Below, in pieces: positions 49,580 to 61,960 of a stretch of DNA of 64,000 nucleotides. The DNA is taken from contig CM069153.1 in NCBI GenBank assembly GCA_035221665.1, positions 30,504,001-30,568,000 of the forward strand. The letters are read 5' to 3'. The translations under genes and the position numbers were made by a program. Below the pieces are notes generated by a model, which saw only the letters and a program-made list of their open reading frames with translations, searched no databases and was not told the origin of the DNA. The stretch comes from Okamejei kenojei. Lineage: Eukaryota. Position 1 is the stretch's first letter; every line of letters starts with the position of its first letter.

Positions 49580-49674
49580 GGTACACAAAAGTCTGGAGAA
49601 ACTCAGCGGGTGCAGCAGCATCTAAGGAGCGAAGGAGATAGGCGACGTTTCGGGTCGAGACCCTTCTTCAGACT
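49580..49674 (-). mobile_element. Young ~95-nt hammerhead-bearing Penelope mini-unit
   Basis: Nearly identical to 20430-20523. Confidence 0.9.
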
Positions 49675-49784
49675 CCTCATTATAGAAAGCTTGTATTCTA
49701 CACCCCTCTGCTTTCTGTCTCGTTGTTGTTTTAACAGTATTTTCCTTGATTACATTTTCAATTACCATTGAAACCAATTCAATT

Positions 49785-50799
49785 CAGTGGGGTGCCTCAG
49801 GGATCTGTGTTGGGTCCACTGTTGTCTGTCATGTACATCAATGATCTGGATGATGGGGTGGAAAATTGGATAAGTAAGTATGCAGATGATACTAAGAAAG
49901 CTGGTGCTGTGGATAATGAAGTAGATTTTCAAAGTCTACAGAGAGATTTGGGCCATTTGGAAAAGTGGGCTAAAAGATGGCAGATGGAGTTTAATGCTGA
50001 TAAGTGTGAAATGCTACATCTTGGCAGGACAAATCAAAATAGGACGTACATGGTAAATGGTAGGGAATTGAGGAATGCTGTGGAACAGAGAGATCTAGGA
50101 ATAACTGTGCATAGTTCCCTGAAGGTGGAATCGCATGTAGATAGGGTGGTAAAGAAAGCCTTTGGCGTGCTGGCCTTTATAAATCAGAGCATTGAATATA
50201 GGAGAAGGGAAGTAATGTTAAAATTGTACAAGGCATTGGTAAGACCAATTCTGGAGTATGGTGTACAATTTTGGTCGCCTAATTATAGGAAGGATGTCAA
50301 CAAAATAGAGAGAGAACAGATGAGATTTACATGTTGCCTGGGTTCCAGCAACTATGTAACAGAGAAAGGTTGAACAAGTTAGGTCTTTATTCTTTGGAGC
50401 GCAGAAGGTTAAGGGGGGACTTGATTGAGGTCTTTAAAATGATGAAAGGGATAGACAGAGTTGACGTGGATAAGCTTTTCCCATTGAGGGTAGGGAAGAT
50501 TGAAACAAGAGGGCATGACATGAGAATTAAGGGACAGAAGTTTAGGGGTAACGTGAGGGGGAACTTCTTTACTCAGAGGGTGGTGGCTGTGTGGAATGAG
50601 CTTCCAGCAGAAGTGGTGGAGGCAGGATCGATTTTAACATTTAAAAGTAAAGTGGATAGGTATATGGACGGGAAGGGAATGGAGGGGTATGGTCTGAGTG
50701 CAGGTAGATGGGACTAGGGGTAAACAAATGGTCGGCACGGACTGGAAGAGCCGAGAGGGCCTGTTTCAGTGCTGTCATTGTTATATGGTTATATGGTTA
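49785..50799 (+). mobile_element. Young 5'-truncated CR1 LINE
   Basis: SGVPQGSVLGP and YADDTK motifs, one frameshift near 50330, (TATGGTTA)n tail. Confidence 0.95.
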
Positions 50800-51653
50800 C
50801 ATTGAAGATATTTCAAAATGTGACATATTTCAAATAACCAGAATGCAGAGTTATAGCTGTTTCCACTTGCAACCAAGTGATCAGATGTCAACCTTCATTG
50901 TATGCATACATAACTCACTCAAATTTCCAACCCACATCTCACCAGATTGAAGAAACATTTATAACATACAAAAGATTTGTGCAGGCTACATTTAAAACAT
51001 GACCAGTGTTTTAAGTCAAAGTATTTGTCACAAGTACAATGGAATCCCAGTAGACCAGTGGTTAATAGAAAAAATGAACAACATTTTCAGGAATTAATTA
51101 ATTATAAATGCCATTTAGACACTGTGTAAATGTACTAAACATAAAAACAAACATTTGACACGTCTTGGAATTATTTTGATCTTGTTACTATTTTATTATA
51201 TCAACATACTTGTATGTCTTTTTATACAGTCATTACATAATGGACTAGTAGCCAGGCATTTAATAACATCTGTTACTTCAGATGCCATGCTAAAATATAC
51301 ATGAACATTTTCAAAAGGATATTTGGAAGGCCACAGCTGGAAAAAACATAAAAGCAGGCAACTCCCAACTGCTAGCTTTTCAGGATACCAGGAGTTTTAC
51401 AATGATATAATTTTAAGGTATTGTCAGTATGATAATGAATAAAACTCAAGAAAAATGAGCTGTGGAATAAAGTGTCCCAAGAAGAGCAATGAGAAGACTG
51501 ACTACAAATCCTCCTGCAACATTTTTGAGGAGGAAACACTGGCAAGGACACCTCATCTGCTGCTTTTCAAATGCTGCCACAGGCTATTTCATGCCCACCT
51601 GAAAGGATATGGAGAGGGCTTCTGATCAATATTTCATCTGAAAAAGCATCTCC

Positions 51654-51772
51654 TATGGAGAGAAGGCAGGTACGGGATACTGAGTTGGATGATCAGCCAT
51701 GATCATACTGAATGGCGGTGCAGGCTCGAAGGGCCGAATGGCCTACTCCTGCACCTAATTTCTATGTTTCTA
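51654..51772 (+). mobile_element. CR1 3' tail
   Basis: GATCAGCCATGATC..GGGCCGAATGGCCTACTCCTGCACC. Confidence 0.8.
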
Positions 51773-53143
51773 CAGAGCACAATTCTCTCAGTCTCAAAGA
51801 TTATCTCAAACCATTCCAATCTACCTGAATCCACAAACAACTGCATCAGAGAAGCCAAAACCTTCACTGCCCAAGATCACAGGAAAAGCAGCGTGTTTGG
51901 CCCTAGTGCCTGTCCCATCATCGTTAGGTTACTGCAGATGTACAGCACTCCATCCCGTCCATTTTTGCTCTGCCTTCTTTAATGCCAATCTTGGAAACGA
52001 GTTGTAATACATTCCAGATTCATCAATTTTAAAAAAAAATCCACCATTATTTATCTGGAATTCCAATCTTTGTTTTTAATTTTTTTTTCCATGTTTTCAC
52101 ACCAAGATTCCCCTACACAAAGTTATCACTTTCTTTGCACAGGTATCCTGATTTTAGTTGTAAATAGCTTGAAAATTGTTGTCAGTGTGCCCTGTTCTTC
52201 CTTTTAGTTTGTCTTCAGAGAGTAAAGATTTTCCAGGTATTTCCATACAGTTCAGTCCCCTGCATGACCAACATCACATTTCAGCGATCAACCATGCACA
52301 GTGACAGATCATAGCATAAAACCGCCAGCACTTTATCCCCCAATCTATAATCCATTGATCTGATCAAGGAGTTTGGCATTTGGTTAGCTTTGCCAATTAT
52401 TAGATCGACACAAATTAAAAATGTGAAAGTTCTGCCTAAAGAGCTAATATTAAAATCAGGATACCTGCGCAGAGAAAGTGATAACTTTGCGAGATATATT
52501 TTTGAATATCAAGGAATTCAAGGGATAAAGGGAAAGTTGAGATAATGATCAGTCATGATCTCAGAGCAGCGTCACAGGCGTGAAAGGTCAGATGCCCTAA
52601 TACAGCTTTGGTTTTTAACCATTACAAATTATTGGGTAATTAGATGCAGTAAAACAAAGCACATGTCCATTACAAACATCATTTCTCAGTTCTATTTGAA
52701 GGTTACTGTGTAATGAAAAAACAGCGGCATACAGGAATTGCGGCAACAGCATGAAGTAGATGAAACATGACCAAATTATGATTTCACGATCGCCCTATTT
52801 ATGACCAGCACAGATCGGCAGGAACAACACTGCAGAGGAAATAATCATCTCATCTAAAAAGATTAAAAGTCAAACAAGTGGAAACAGCACATTGAGATAC
52901 ATTATGCAATCTGTTCTTTGCTGTCTTTTGTAATTTTGCTCTTTTCTCTTCTCTTGTAAAGGAATAATTTTATAATATATTTACAGCATTTTCATTATAG
53001 TGACCTTGAGATTGTGTGTGTTGTGGAATTTGCACCTTTCCATAATAAATGTAATAGAGTGTGGCCACAGGCTATGAGAAAATCATTTCAGGGAAAGTAA
53101 TATTCAGTGGTAAAATGTGTAGCGTGATTTTGATATCAGTAGT

Positions 53144-53178
53144 CTGTGTGTGTGTGTGGGGGGGGGGGGGGGGGGGGG
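53144..53178. repeat. (TG)n followed by poly-G
   Basis: Direct inspection. Confidence 0.9.
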
Positions 53179-53354
53179 CTGCAGATTACTGCATAGGGGC
53201 ACTTGTCCTAATAACAAATATATTGATGTTCCTGAGGTATTGGTCTTCTCTGTGGAACGTGTGTATTGGGATTAAACATCAAAGCAGGTATAATATTATT
53301 GCATCAAAATATATCCTGTTTTACTCAGAATAAAGTACATACGTAAACACAACA

Positions 53355-54542
53355 AGGGATGACAAAGAGTATTGATGAGGGCAGGGCGGAAGACATTGTG
53401 TACATGGACTTTAGCAAGACCTTTCACAAGGTCCAGCATGGTAGGCTGGTCTGGAAGCTTAAAACACATGAGATCCAAGTGAGCCTCGGTGTCAGGAGTC
53501 AGAGGGTGGTAGTGTAGAGTTGTTATTCAGCCAGAGCCTATAACCAGTGGTGTGCCGCAGGGATTGGTGCTAGGTTCACTGTTGTTTGTCCTCTATATTT
53601 ACAATTTGGATGATAATGTTGTTAACATGGTTAGTAAGTTTACAGATGACACCATACCTGGTGGTCTAGTGGACGGTGAAGGTGGTGGTCTAAGATTACA
53701 ACACAATCCAGATGAACTGGAGAAGTGGGCTGGGGAACGGCAGATGGAATTTAACTTGGATAAGTGTGAGGTGCCGCATTTTGTAAAGTTAAATGAGGAG
53801 AGTAGTTACACAATGTGTTAGGGGCCTAGAAAGTGATGTAGAACAGATACACCAAGGAGTACAGGTACATGGTTCCTTCAAAGTCATGACACAGGTAGAC
53901 AGTGAGATAAAGACAATGTTTGGGACGCTTGCCTTCATTGGTCAGGGTATTGAGTACAGGAGTTGGGACGTCATGTTGCATCTGTACAAGTCTTTGGTGA
54001 GACAATACTTGGAGTACTGTGTACAGTTCTAATCACTAATTTATTGGAAGGATGTCAGTAAACTGGAAAGGAGCAGAAAATATTCACAGGGATGTTACTT
54101 GCAGTGGGAGGGGGTGGGGGTCAAGTCAAAAGGAAAGATTGAAAAGGCTGGGACTTTTTCCCTGCAGCTTAGGACACTGATGGGTGACCTTAAAAGTTTA
54201 TAAAATCATGAGGGGCTTGGAGAGGGTAGAGGATCACAATATTTTTAAAACTTGAGGACATAGGGTTGAAAGTGAGATGAGAAAGATTTCATAAGATAGA
54301 AGGGACCTGAGGGGCAACTTGTTCCATACAAAGAGCGATGGCATATTGAACAGGTTGCCATTTGAAGTGGTGGAGGTGAGTATGATTCCAATGTTTAAAT
54401 ATTTTGACAGATACATGGAAACAAAAAGGTGTTGTGGGATTTGTACAAACACAGGCAATTCGAACGAGCTTGGGTAGACACTTTGGTCAGCATGGATGAG
54501 TTGGGCTCCAAGATTTTGTTTCTGTATTGTGCACCTCTATGG
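53355..54542 (+). mobile_element. Degenerate CR1 RT to 3' end
   Basis: PQGLVLGSLLF and SKFTDDT motifs with stops and frameshifts. Confidence 0.88.
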
Positions 54543-56465
54543 CAAATACAATAGTTGCTATATTGATTTATTAGAAGATAAATTACTAATATATTTTAAA
54601 TAAATATATATCTATGGAAGTCAATGGCTTTCCCTAAGGTAAATCCTCAAATGGAGTGGGCTTGTGAGCTTTTATGGGCAAGTTCTATCCAAAGACAGTG
54701 TTCACACAGGTTGGTGCACACATTACAGACTCCCTGTCACTGCAGATGCAAGCATGCATGAGGGTTAGAGTGTTAGTGTGCGGGCAGTGGGATACACACT
54801 GTGATAATAATGTGTTCGCTGCTGGAGATTCATTCCCACAAGAGTGCCACTTTGATCTGGCCCACGGCACCAATATCCTTGCCCAAAACCACTTGCCTTC
54901 GCTAAGTTAGAATGAATGCAACACAATCGATGTATTTTGCAGTGATTGAGGTTGCAGAAAACTTTTTTAGTTGTAATATTTTCCAAAAAAAACCCCATTG
55001 GAATGAGTAAATATTACTGGACCAATCTGTTGAATTTAACTACATGGACAGATTCCATGGAAGCTTTTATGAGGGTAATTAGTCTGGTGTTATCTCAAAT
55101 GACAGATTGCTTTTTAGCATAATTGGCATTTGGGCACAATGAAATGAAGATACAGTTAAATATCATCAGATTATCATAAGCCTTTCTGAAACCAATATCA
55201 GACAATATAGCAAAATGTAGTAGTTATTTTCTTCCTCCAAATCAATCCTTGAAGTATTTAACGGTATTACCAATTTCCTATTAATACAGCTACATGCCTA
55301 TCACATTATAAGCATTTCTAATTTATTTTTCAATGCCCAATTTAATATCACTGAAAATCACTTTAAAAGTGTACTATTCACTGGAATCACTGGTGTAGTG
55401 TGCAGTGCACCCTTGATACATTCTTTGTTCAGACTGTATTGGCTAGATGTTTACTGCCACTGGCCCATCGCCTTATGTCACCATTCACCCAAACTTCCCT
55501 CAGCCAAATCACAATGGCTAACGTTGCCTCCCCATCTGGACCTGGAGTCTGCTCATCCATTAGAAGAGCGCCCATCATTGTTAGAGGGACTTGGACAAGC
55601 CAGAGCAAGCGCAAGCCCACTCCACGAAATTCTCCTGGCGGATGTTGACAGCTGGCGAATTTGGAATGTCCAAGTGTTTCCGATATTTGTAAATATTTAA
55701 AAACTATAAAAACGGTTTGAAAAAGGCCTATAATTTGTTTTTTTTAAAAAAATCAATTAAATTGCTTAAAAGGCACTTAAATATAAAATCTATCACAAAT
55801 AATTCACTTGCCTTTCTACCCCATGGCCCTACAATTCCCACCAGTCAGTGGGTTCAACGATCCTGTCATATGCAAATCCTGGGGAATCTCAAGGTTCAAC
55901 TCTGCACATAAATATTCACATCGTTCTCAACTTGCTATTAATTTTAAATCAAAACATCAAATGCACTAATATTTACAAAATTCTATTCTCGCTTCAACCA
56001 CAGCTCAAATGTGTTCAGCAATCCAAGTGTTAAGTGGAGCTGAGAGGGGCTGACTGGTTTAGCACTGATGCACTGATAGCTGGCTCTGAAGGCATACGAC
56101 TGCCTGCAAAAATATTTCCCCCAATTCCAGTGTTATCATTACAGCAATCACATCAGTTTTGACGGCAATATCTTCATTATTGTCTTGCAGCTGAACATCA
56201 TTTGCCCAATGAAGCGTGATAATGAGCCTGTTGGACTGATCGTGACCATCTTCTTGAAATAAATTCATGTTATCCATGTTCAAGTATGTTATGCTCCATG
56301 AATTTTCTGTTTGTGTGAAATCCTTCCTGTAATGTAGATTCAAATCTTAATTGGAATGTGATTTCCATATCGACAAATGGAAGACAAACTCCTGCCGCCA
56401 CCCCCGTGGTTTGTGAACTGAGAGGAGATGGCAGTGAAGGTTCACTCTGAGGAATCAACACCTGT

Positions 56466-56535
56466 CACAGGGCACCATCCTGTAACCTTGCCCTTCACAC
56501 GGCACCATCCTGTAACCATGCCCACCACACGGCAC
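56466..56535. repeat. 30-bp tandem repeat (about 2.3 copies)
   Basis: CACA(G/C)GGCACCATCCTGTAACC(T/A)TGCCC repeated. Confidence 0.85.
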
Positions 56536-56589
56536 TGTTCCATGACTTGGCATTTTCCTAGATCTGGTGTTCACAAAAAATGGCACATA

Positions 56590-56883
56590 GGGTGGCACGG
56601 TGGAGCAGCTGCAGAATTGCTGCCTTACATCGAATGCAGCGCCATTGACCCGGGTTCAATCCCGACTAATGGTGCTGCCTGTATGGAGTTTGGAAGTTCT
56701 TCCCATGACCTGCGTGGGTTTTCTCCAATCTTTGGTTTCCTTCCACACTCCAAAGACGCACAGGTATGTAGGTTAATTGGCTTGGTAAATGTATAAATTG
56801 TCCCTAGTAGTAATGTGGTGATCGCTGGTCGGCGTGGAACCGAAGAGCCTGTTTCCGCGCTGTATCTCTAAACTAAACTAACT
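56590..56883 (+). mobile_element. HE1-like V-SINE
   Basis: GGGTGGCACGGTGG head, GGTTCAATCCC B-box, (TAAAC)n tail. Confidence 0.85.
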
Positions 56884-57499
56884 AGTGTCAATGGAACAGA
56901 TTGTCCTGATAAATGACAATGTTCCTGACTGGAACCATTCTCATTTACTACTTTAAATAACATCCGGACCAGGACTTCCCCTTACATTGGTCAAGTGTGC
57001 TTGTCCCAAATTTTCTCACAAAATGTTTCAATAGTTTGATATGGACCAAACTGGGGCAAATGGGAAAAAACTGTAGGTTGCTTATATTCCTGTTATAATT
57101 TACACTTGGAAAGTTCCGTCTGCTGTTGAAAGCAGGTTCTGCCATACTATAGGACGGAGAACGCTGAGCTCCCAAATTGCAAAGCTGACATTAATCAACA
57201 CCTGAACACTGACCAAGCTTACTATCTGGCATTTTATCGACATCCAATGGACTACCATTGCATGGCCTACAACCATCATGCCCAAGTTGGATTGGGCACA
57301 GTACACCTATCAGTGGTATCTACACTCTCCTGTTCTGGAGATATGGCCTTCATACATGTCACATTCACTCCAAAACACAAGCCAACACCCAAGAACTATT
57401 CATGTTGTAATTTAATAAAAATATTTCCAGCTTGTCTGAAAACCAGTGTAACCAAAGTTTGTCATGTGCGCTCTACACCACTGTAAAGTGACTTTGTTA

Positions 57500-58705
57500 A
57501 ACAAAGAGATGTAATGCTGAGGCTCTATAAGGCGCTGGTCAGGCGCATTTTAAGTACTGTGAGCAAATTTGGGCCCCATATCTGAGGAAGGGTGTGCTGG
57601 CTCTGGAGAGGGTCCAGAGGAGGTTTACAAGTATAACCATATAACCATATAACAATTACAGCACGGAAACAGGCCCTCTCGGCCCTTCCAGTCCGTGCCG
57701 ACCATTTGTTTTTCCCTAGTCCCATCTACCTGCACTCAGACCATACCCCTCCATTCCCTTCACGTCCATATACCTATCCACTTCACTTTTAAATGTTAAA
57801 ATCGATCCTGCCTCCACCACTTCTGCTGGAAGCTCATTCCACACAGCTACCACCCTCTGAGTAAAGAAGTTTCCCCTCACGTTACCCCTAAACTTCCGTC
57901 CCTTAATTCTCATGTCATGCCCTCTTGTTTGAATCTTCCCTACCCTCAATGGGAAAAACGTATCCACGTCAACTCTGTCTATCCCTTTCATCATTTTAAA
58001 GACCTCAATCAAGTCCCCCCTTAACCTTCTGCGCTCCAAAGAATAAAGACCTAACTTGTTCAACCTTTCTCTGTAACATAGTTGTTGGAACCCTGGCAAC
58101 ATTCTAGTAAATCTCCTCTGTACTCTCTCTATTTTGTTGACATCCTTCCTATAATTAGGCGACCAAAATTGTACACCATACTCCAGAATTGGTCTTACCA
58201 ATGCCTTGTACAATTTTAACATTACTTCCCTACTCCTATATTCAATGCTCTGATTCCAGGAATGAGTGGGTTAGCATATGATGAGCATTTCACTGGGCCT
58301 CTACTCACTGAAGTTTAGATGGTTGAAGGGTGACATCATTGAAACTTACAGAACAATGAAAGCCATAGATAGAGTGGATGTGGAAAGGATGTTTCCACTG
58401 GTGGGAGAGTCTAGGTCCAAAGGTCATAGACTCAGAATTAAAGGGTGCTATTTTAGAAAGGAGGTGAGGAGGAACTTCTTTCGTCAGAGGGTAGTTAATC
58501 TGTGGAACTCATTGCCACAGAGGATGGTGGATCAGTGGCTATTTTTAAGGCAGAGATAGACAAATTCTTGATGAGAATGGGTGTCAAGGGATTTGGGGGA
58601 AGGGCAGGAAAATGGGATTAGGAGGCAGAGATCAGCCATGATTGAATGTCAGAGTAGTCTTGATGGGTCGAATGACCTAATGCTACTCCTATAACTTGTG
58701 AACAT
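57500..58705 (+). mobile_element. CR1 3' portion hosting an antisense CR1 insertion
   Basis: Host reads ..GGTTTACAAG|..TGATTCCAGGAATGAGT; compare the uninterrupted copy at 46550-46577. Confidence 0.88.
57632..58255 (-). mobile_element. Young CR1 3' fragment (same subfamily as 49785-50799)
   Basis: Uninterrupted 168-aa C-terminal ORF and the same (TATGGTTA)n tail. Confidence 0.95.
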
Positions 58706-59285
58706 GATAACTTTCTAAAAAGGTCACGTTTATCATTTGCTTCATTTTATTCATGAAAGTTATTGTGGAATGAGAGCGGCTAAACTCACTTTAACACTTT
58801 AATTAGTAGAATCTTACTAATCAGCCATATTTTCAAATGACTAAAGGGTGCAGAGAAATTGGCCCTTGGACCTGGCTGCCACTTGTAATCTATATCAACC
58901 GAATGAAAATTTCACCAAACTGAACAAAGCTTTAATTGAGAATAGCTGTGATTATACAAGGACATGATATGTTGGCTGTTACCCAAACAATGTATGTCAT
59001 TTAGAACAGAGCGGAGTTCAAATACAAGAACACAGAGCAGGAGATTCAAATACACTGCTATCTTCACGTAGAAGTCTCCAAGTTACTGCCAGACATACAT
59101 GTGCACATGTTTAAAGCAGGTAGCTTAATTATTCACAAATTTCATTAATGTTCACTTGTATTTTGGTTAGAGACGGGCAATTATTTCTCGGCTCACCAGC
59201 AATCCCCACATCCTATAAATGAAGACTGAGGGGGAACAAAGATGTTGGAGAAAAGAGAGGGACGGGGAAGCTACATGACACCAAG

Positions 59286-59448
59286 TGTGCAGGAAAGAAC
59301 TGCAGATGTTGGTTTAAATCGAATGACCGTACCGTTCACTCCCCTGACATCAGTCTGAAACACGGTCATGACCCGAAACGTCACACATTCCTTCTGTCCA
59401 GACATGCTGCCTGGCCCGCTGAGTTACTCCAGCATTTTGTGTCTACCC
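59286..59448. mobile_element. Penelope pLTR unit with inverted 5' part
   Basis: 13-bp TSD ACATGACACCAAG / ACATGAGACCAAG. Confidence 0.8.
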
Positions 59449-59613
59449 ACATGAGACCAAGACTGGTTTAACTGGACATCATGTGCAGCACAGACATTGT
59501 GGGCCAAAGGGCCTGTTCCTGTGCTGTTCTGTGTTCTTGATCAACGTCCCTCTCCCTGGCCAATAATAATGACCAGTTCAGTGTTGTTGGATGGAGAAAT
59601 TGTAGGATTCTAA

Positions 59614-60130
59614 AGGGCCTGTCCCACCAGCATGCGACGAGCGCGACCTAACGTGGTCACTTGAGCCGTACGGCCTCGCGGGGCTGGTCCCACTTCGATC
59701 GCCGGAGTCATATGGAGTTGTGCAGGGCTGGTCCCGACATCGCGTGGGGCTCCGAAAAACTGACACTGTTCAAAACTCCCGCGCGGCAACGGCCTGTCGG
59801 CCCGCAGCCGCATTGACGCCGTACAATGCGCCGCGACCGGCGTACGCAGCGTCTGGACGCCGTACGCAACGTCTGGACGCCGTACGCAGCATCTTCACGG
59901 CGTACACCTAGCGCGTGGCGTTGCACGAAGACGTCACCGCCCATCGCCATGCGACGTCCAAATTCAGTCAGCCCACCTCCTGCTCAGCTGATTGGTGAGT
60001 ATGATGTCGGGACCAGCTCCATATGGCTCCGCGGTTGGAAGTGGGACCGGCCCCACGAGGCCGTACGCCTCAAGCCACCACGTTTGGTCGCGCTCGCCGC
60101 ATGCAGTCACATGCTGGTGGGACAGGCCCT
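59614..60130. mobile_element. PIF/Harbinger-like MITE (517 bp)
   Basis: TIR AGGGCCTGTCCCACCAGCATG.. extending imperfectly about 150 bp, TAA TSD, central 20-bp tandem repeats. Confidence 0.88.
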
Positions 60131-60734
60131 TAAGTAAGTGACAATGAAGGAGGTGCGATTTAGTTTACAGATTGAAACCGTGAGCGACTTGTAGGGGCTC
60201 TGCTGATGTTGCCCTCTTTGATAGCATGGGTTTTGGGTTGGAGAAGTGCTGTATCGTAGGTAGCACTGACTTATGCCAGGATACAGAGGAAATCAATATT
60301 CAAGGTGATGCATGGGTCGCCATGCATGCAAGTTCATTATAAAACTCACTTCCTTTTGTGTTGTTGAAACTGTGCTCATACAGGCAAATAAACATAATTT
60401 AACTGTACTCTCAACATGTCTTACAAGCAGTCAAATTGCAAGCACTACCACAAATGCCTGGTCTTTGACCTGCCCAGCATGTGTTTTTGTAGCTTGTTGA
60501 GTTGCTTGTTTTACAATTGATGGTGGGAGACTTGGCGATGAGGAAGCCATTGGACTTCAGGGTGGATGTGGGTAGACTCACTTTTGTCACGCTTTGGGAC
60601 TTGTGTGAACGTTATTTACCACTTACCAGCATGTGCATGAATATTTTTCAGCTTTTACTGCAAGTTGACTGCTTCATTTTCTAAGCAAGATAAAAATGAA
60701 ACTGCCTGCCATTGCCTTAAGAACAGTCAGATGT

Positions 60735-60995
60735 TCTTTGTACTAAGACTGTGTTAATCTTCTCAACAACCATCAGGCTACTGAACTTCATCTCAACTTT
60801 GAACTAGAAACTGCTTTGGTTGCACTAGGGGCTTTTTGGCTTTGTTTTGCTTTTTACATTTTATTGTGTTTTGTTTATTAAACTTTTTAAAATATCTGTT
60901 TATACTATTGCCTATTGAGTACTATGTATACAAAAATGTACGCAAGTAAGAATTTCATTGTTCTGTTTTGGTACACACGACAATAAAAACTCTTG
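60735..60995 (+). mobile_element. Rex1-type 3' tail
   Basis: ACCATCAGGCTACTGAAC..GAATTTCATTGTTC..GACAATAAA. Confidence 0.65.
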
Positions 60996-61779
60996 TCCCT
61001 TAAACAGGTTTAGTTCAGAATGCCCCCTTGAGTTCTCATGATTTGGAAATTGAACAATTCAGCTGGTACAATGGACGATACATAATTTGTAAAATGACAT
61101 GGCAAATTTCAAATGTTGAAATTTATTGTTGTTAAACTCCAAAGATATGCCGTGCACTGCCATAAATACAGTAATACATAAAACTGTGCACTGCTATAAA
61201 GCAGAGTATTCAGGTCTTGGTAGCAACTCTGAGAATTAATTTCATTTGTACGTGTTCATGATCCAGTAATTGGAAAAGTCCAGACCATCCATATTGCAGT
61301 TGTCATCCGAGTTCAAAGGATTTGTTTTGACGATACTGGCCTGACTCTTATCCCTCCATAAGCATTTAAATTTTTAATTAAATCAGTATGTCCTAAATCC
61401 AGATAATCCCCTCCTGCCCCTGGACTGCTGAGAGACTGGAGAGTGGGACAGATGTCCGTGAGCTGTATTTTCTAATATAAAGTACTCGGAAGTAAAAATA
61501 AAATTGTTGGGGGTATTCAACTGATTAGCCACCATCTCTGGAGACAATAATATTGCGTGGACATGAATTTTGTCAGAACCAACGCAAAAGGCGTCACCAT
61601 CATTTTTTCTGCCCACACACGCTGCTTTTTGCCAACACTTTCAGTTTTCTGTTTCACACTATTTACACGTTTCAACCTGAAATATGGCGGTTTGGACATT
61701 GTCAAAGTCCTCAGTTGTGGCAACATGGATATGAGGAGTAGGATTAGAACATCTTTTCTGGTTTTCCTCTGTCCAGTTC

Positions 61780-61960
61780 CATCAGGACTTTATACATTTC
61801 AAGGTTTCTCATTCTCCCGAACTCTCGGGCAGATTAGGCAATTCCATTTCTTTCCTCTTTTGACTCTTTTCCCAAACCTTGAGCTCATCCAAGACTCTGC
61901 TGCCTTTTATTTAATGTTCACCAAGTCTTGCGCATCCTCTGTCTTAAACTCACTTAAAAA
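61780..61960 (+). mobile_element. Ancient L2-like fragment
   Basis: LELIQDSAA..L..TK peptide. Confidence 0.4.

Noticed and set aside
59840-59890. CRISPR-like short direct repeats (also 56466-56535)
   Set aside because: Contiguous tandem repeats without unique spacers, in eukaryotic DNA with no cas genes.
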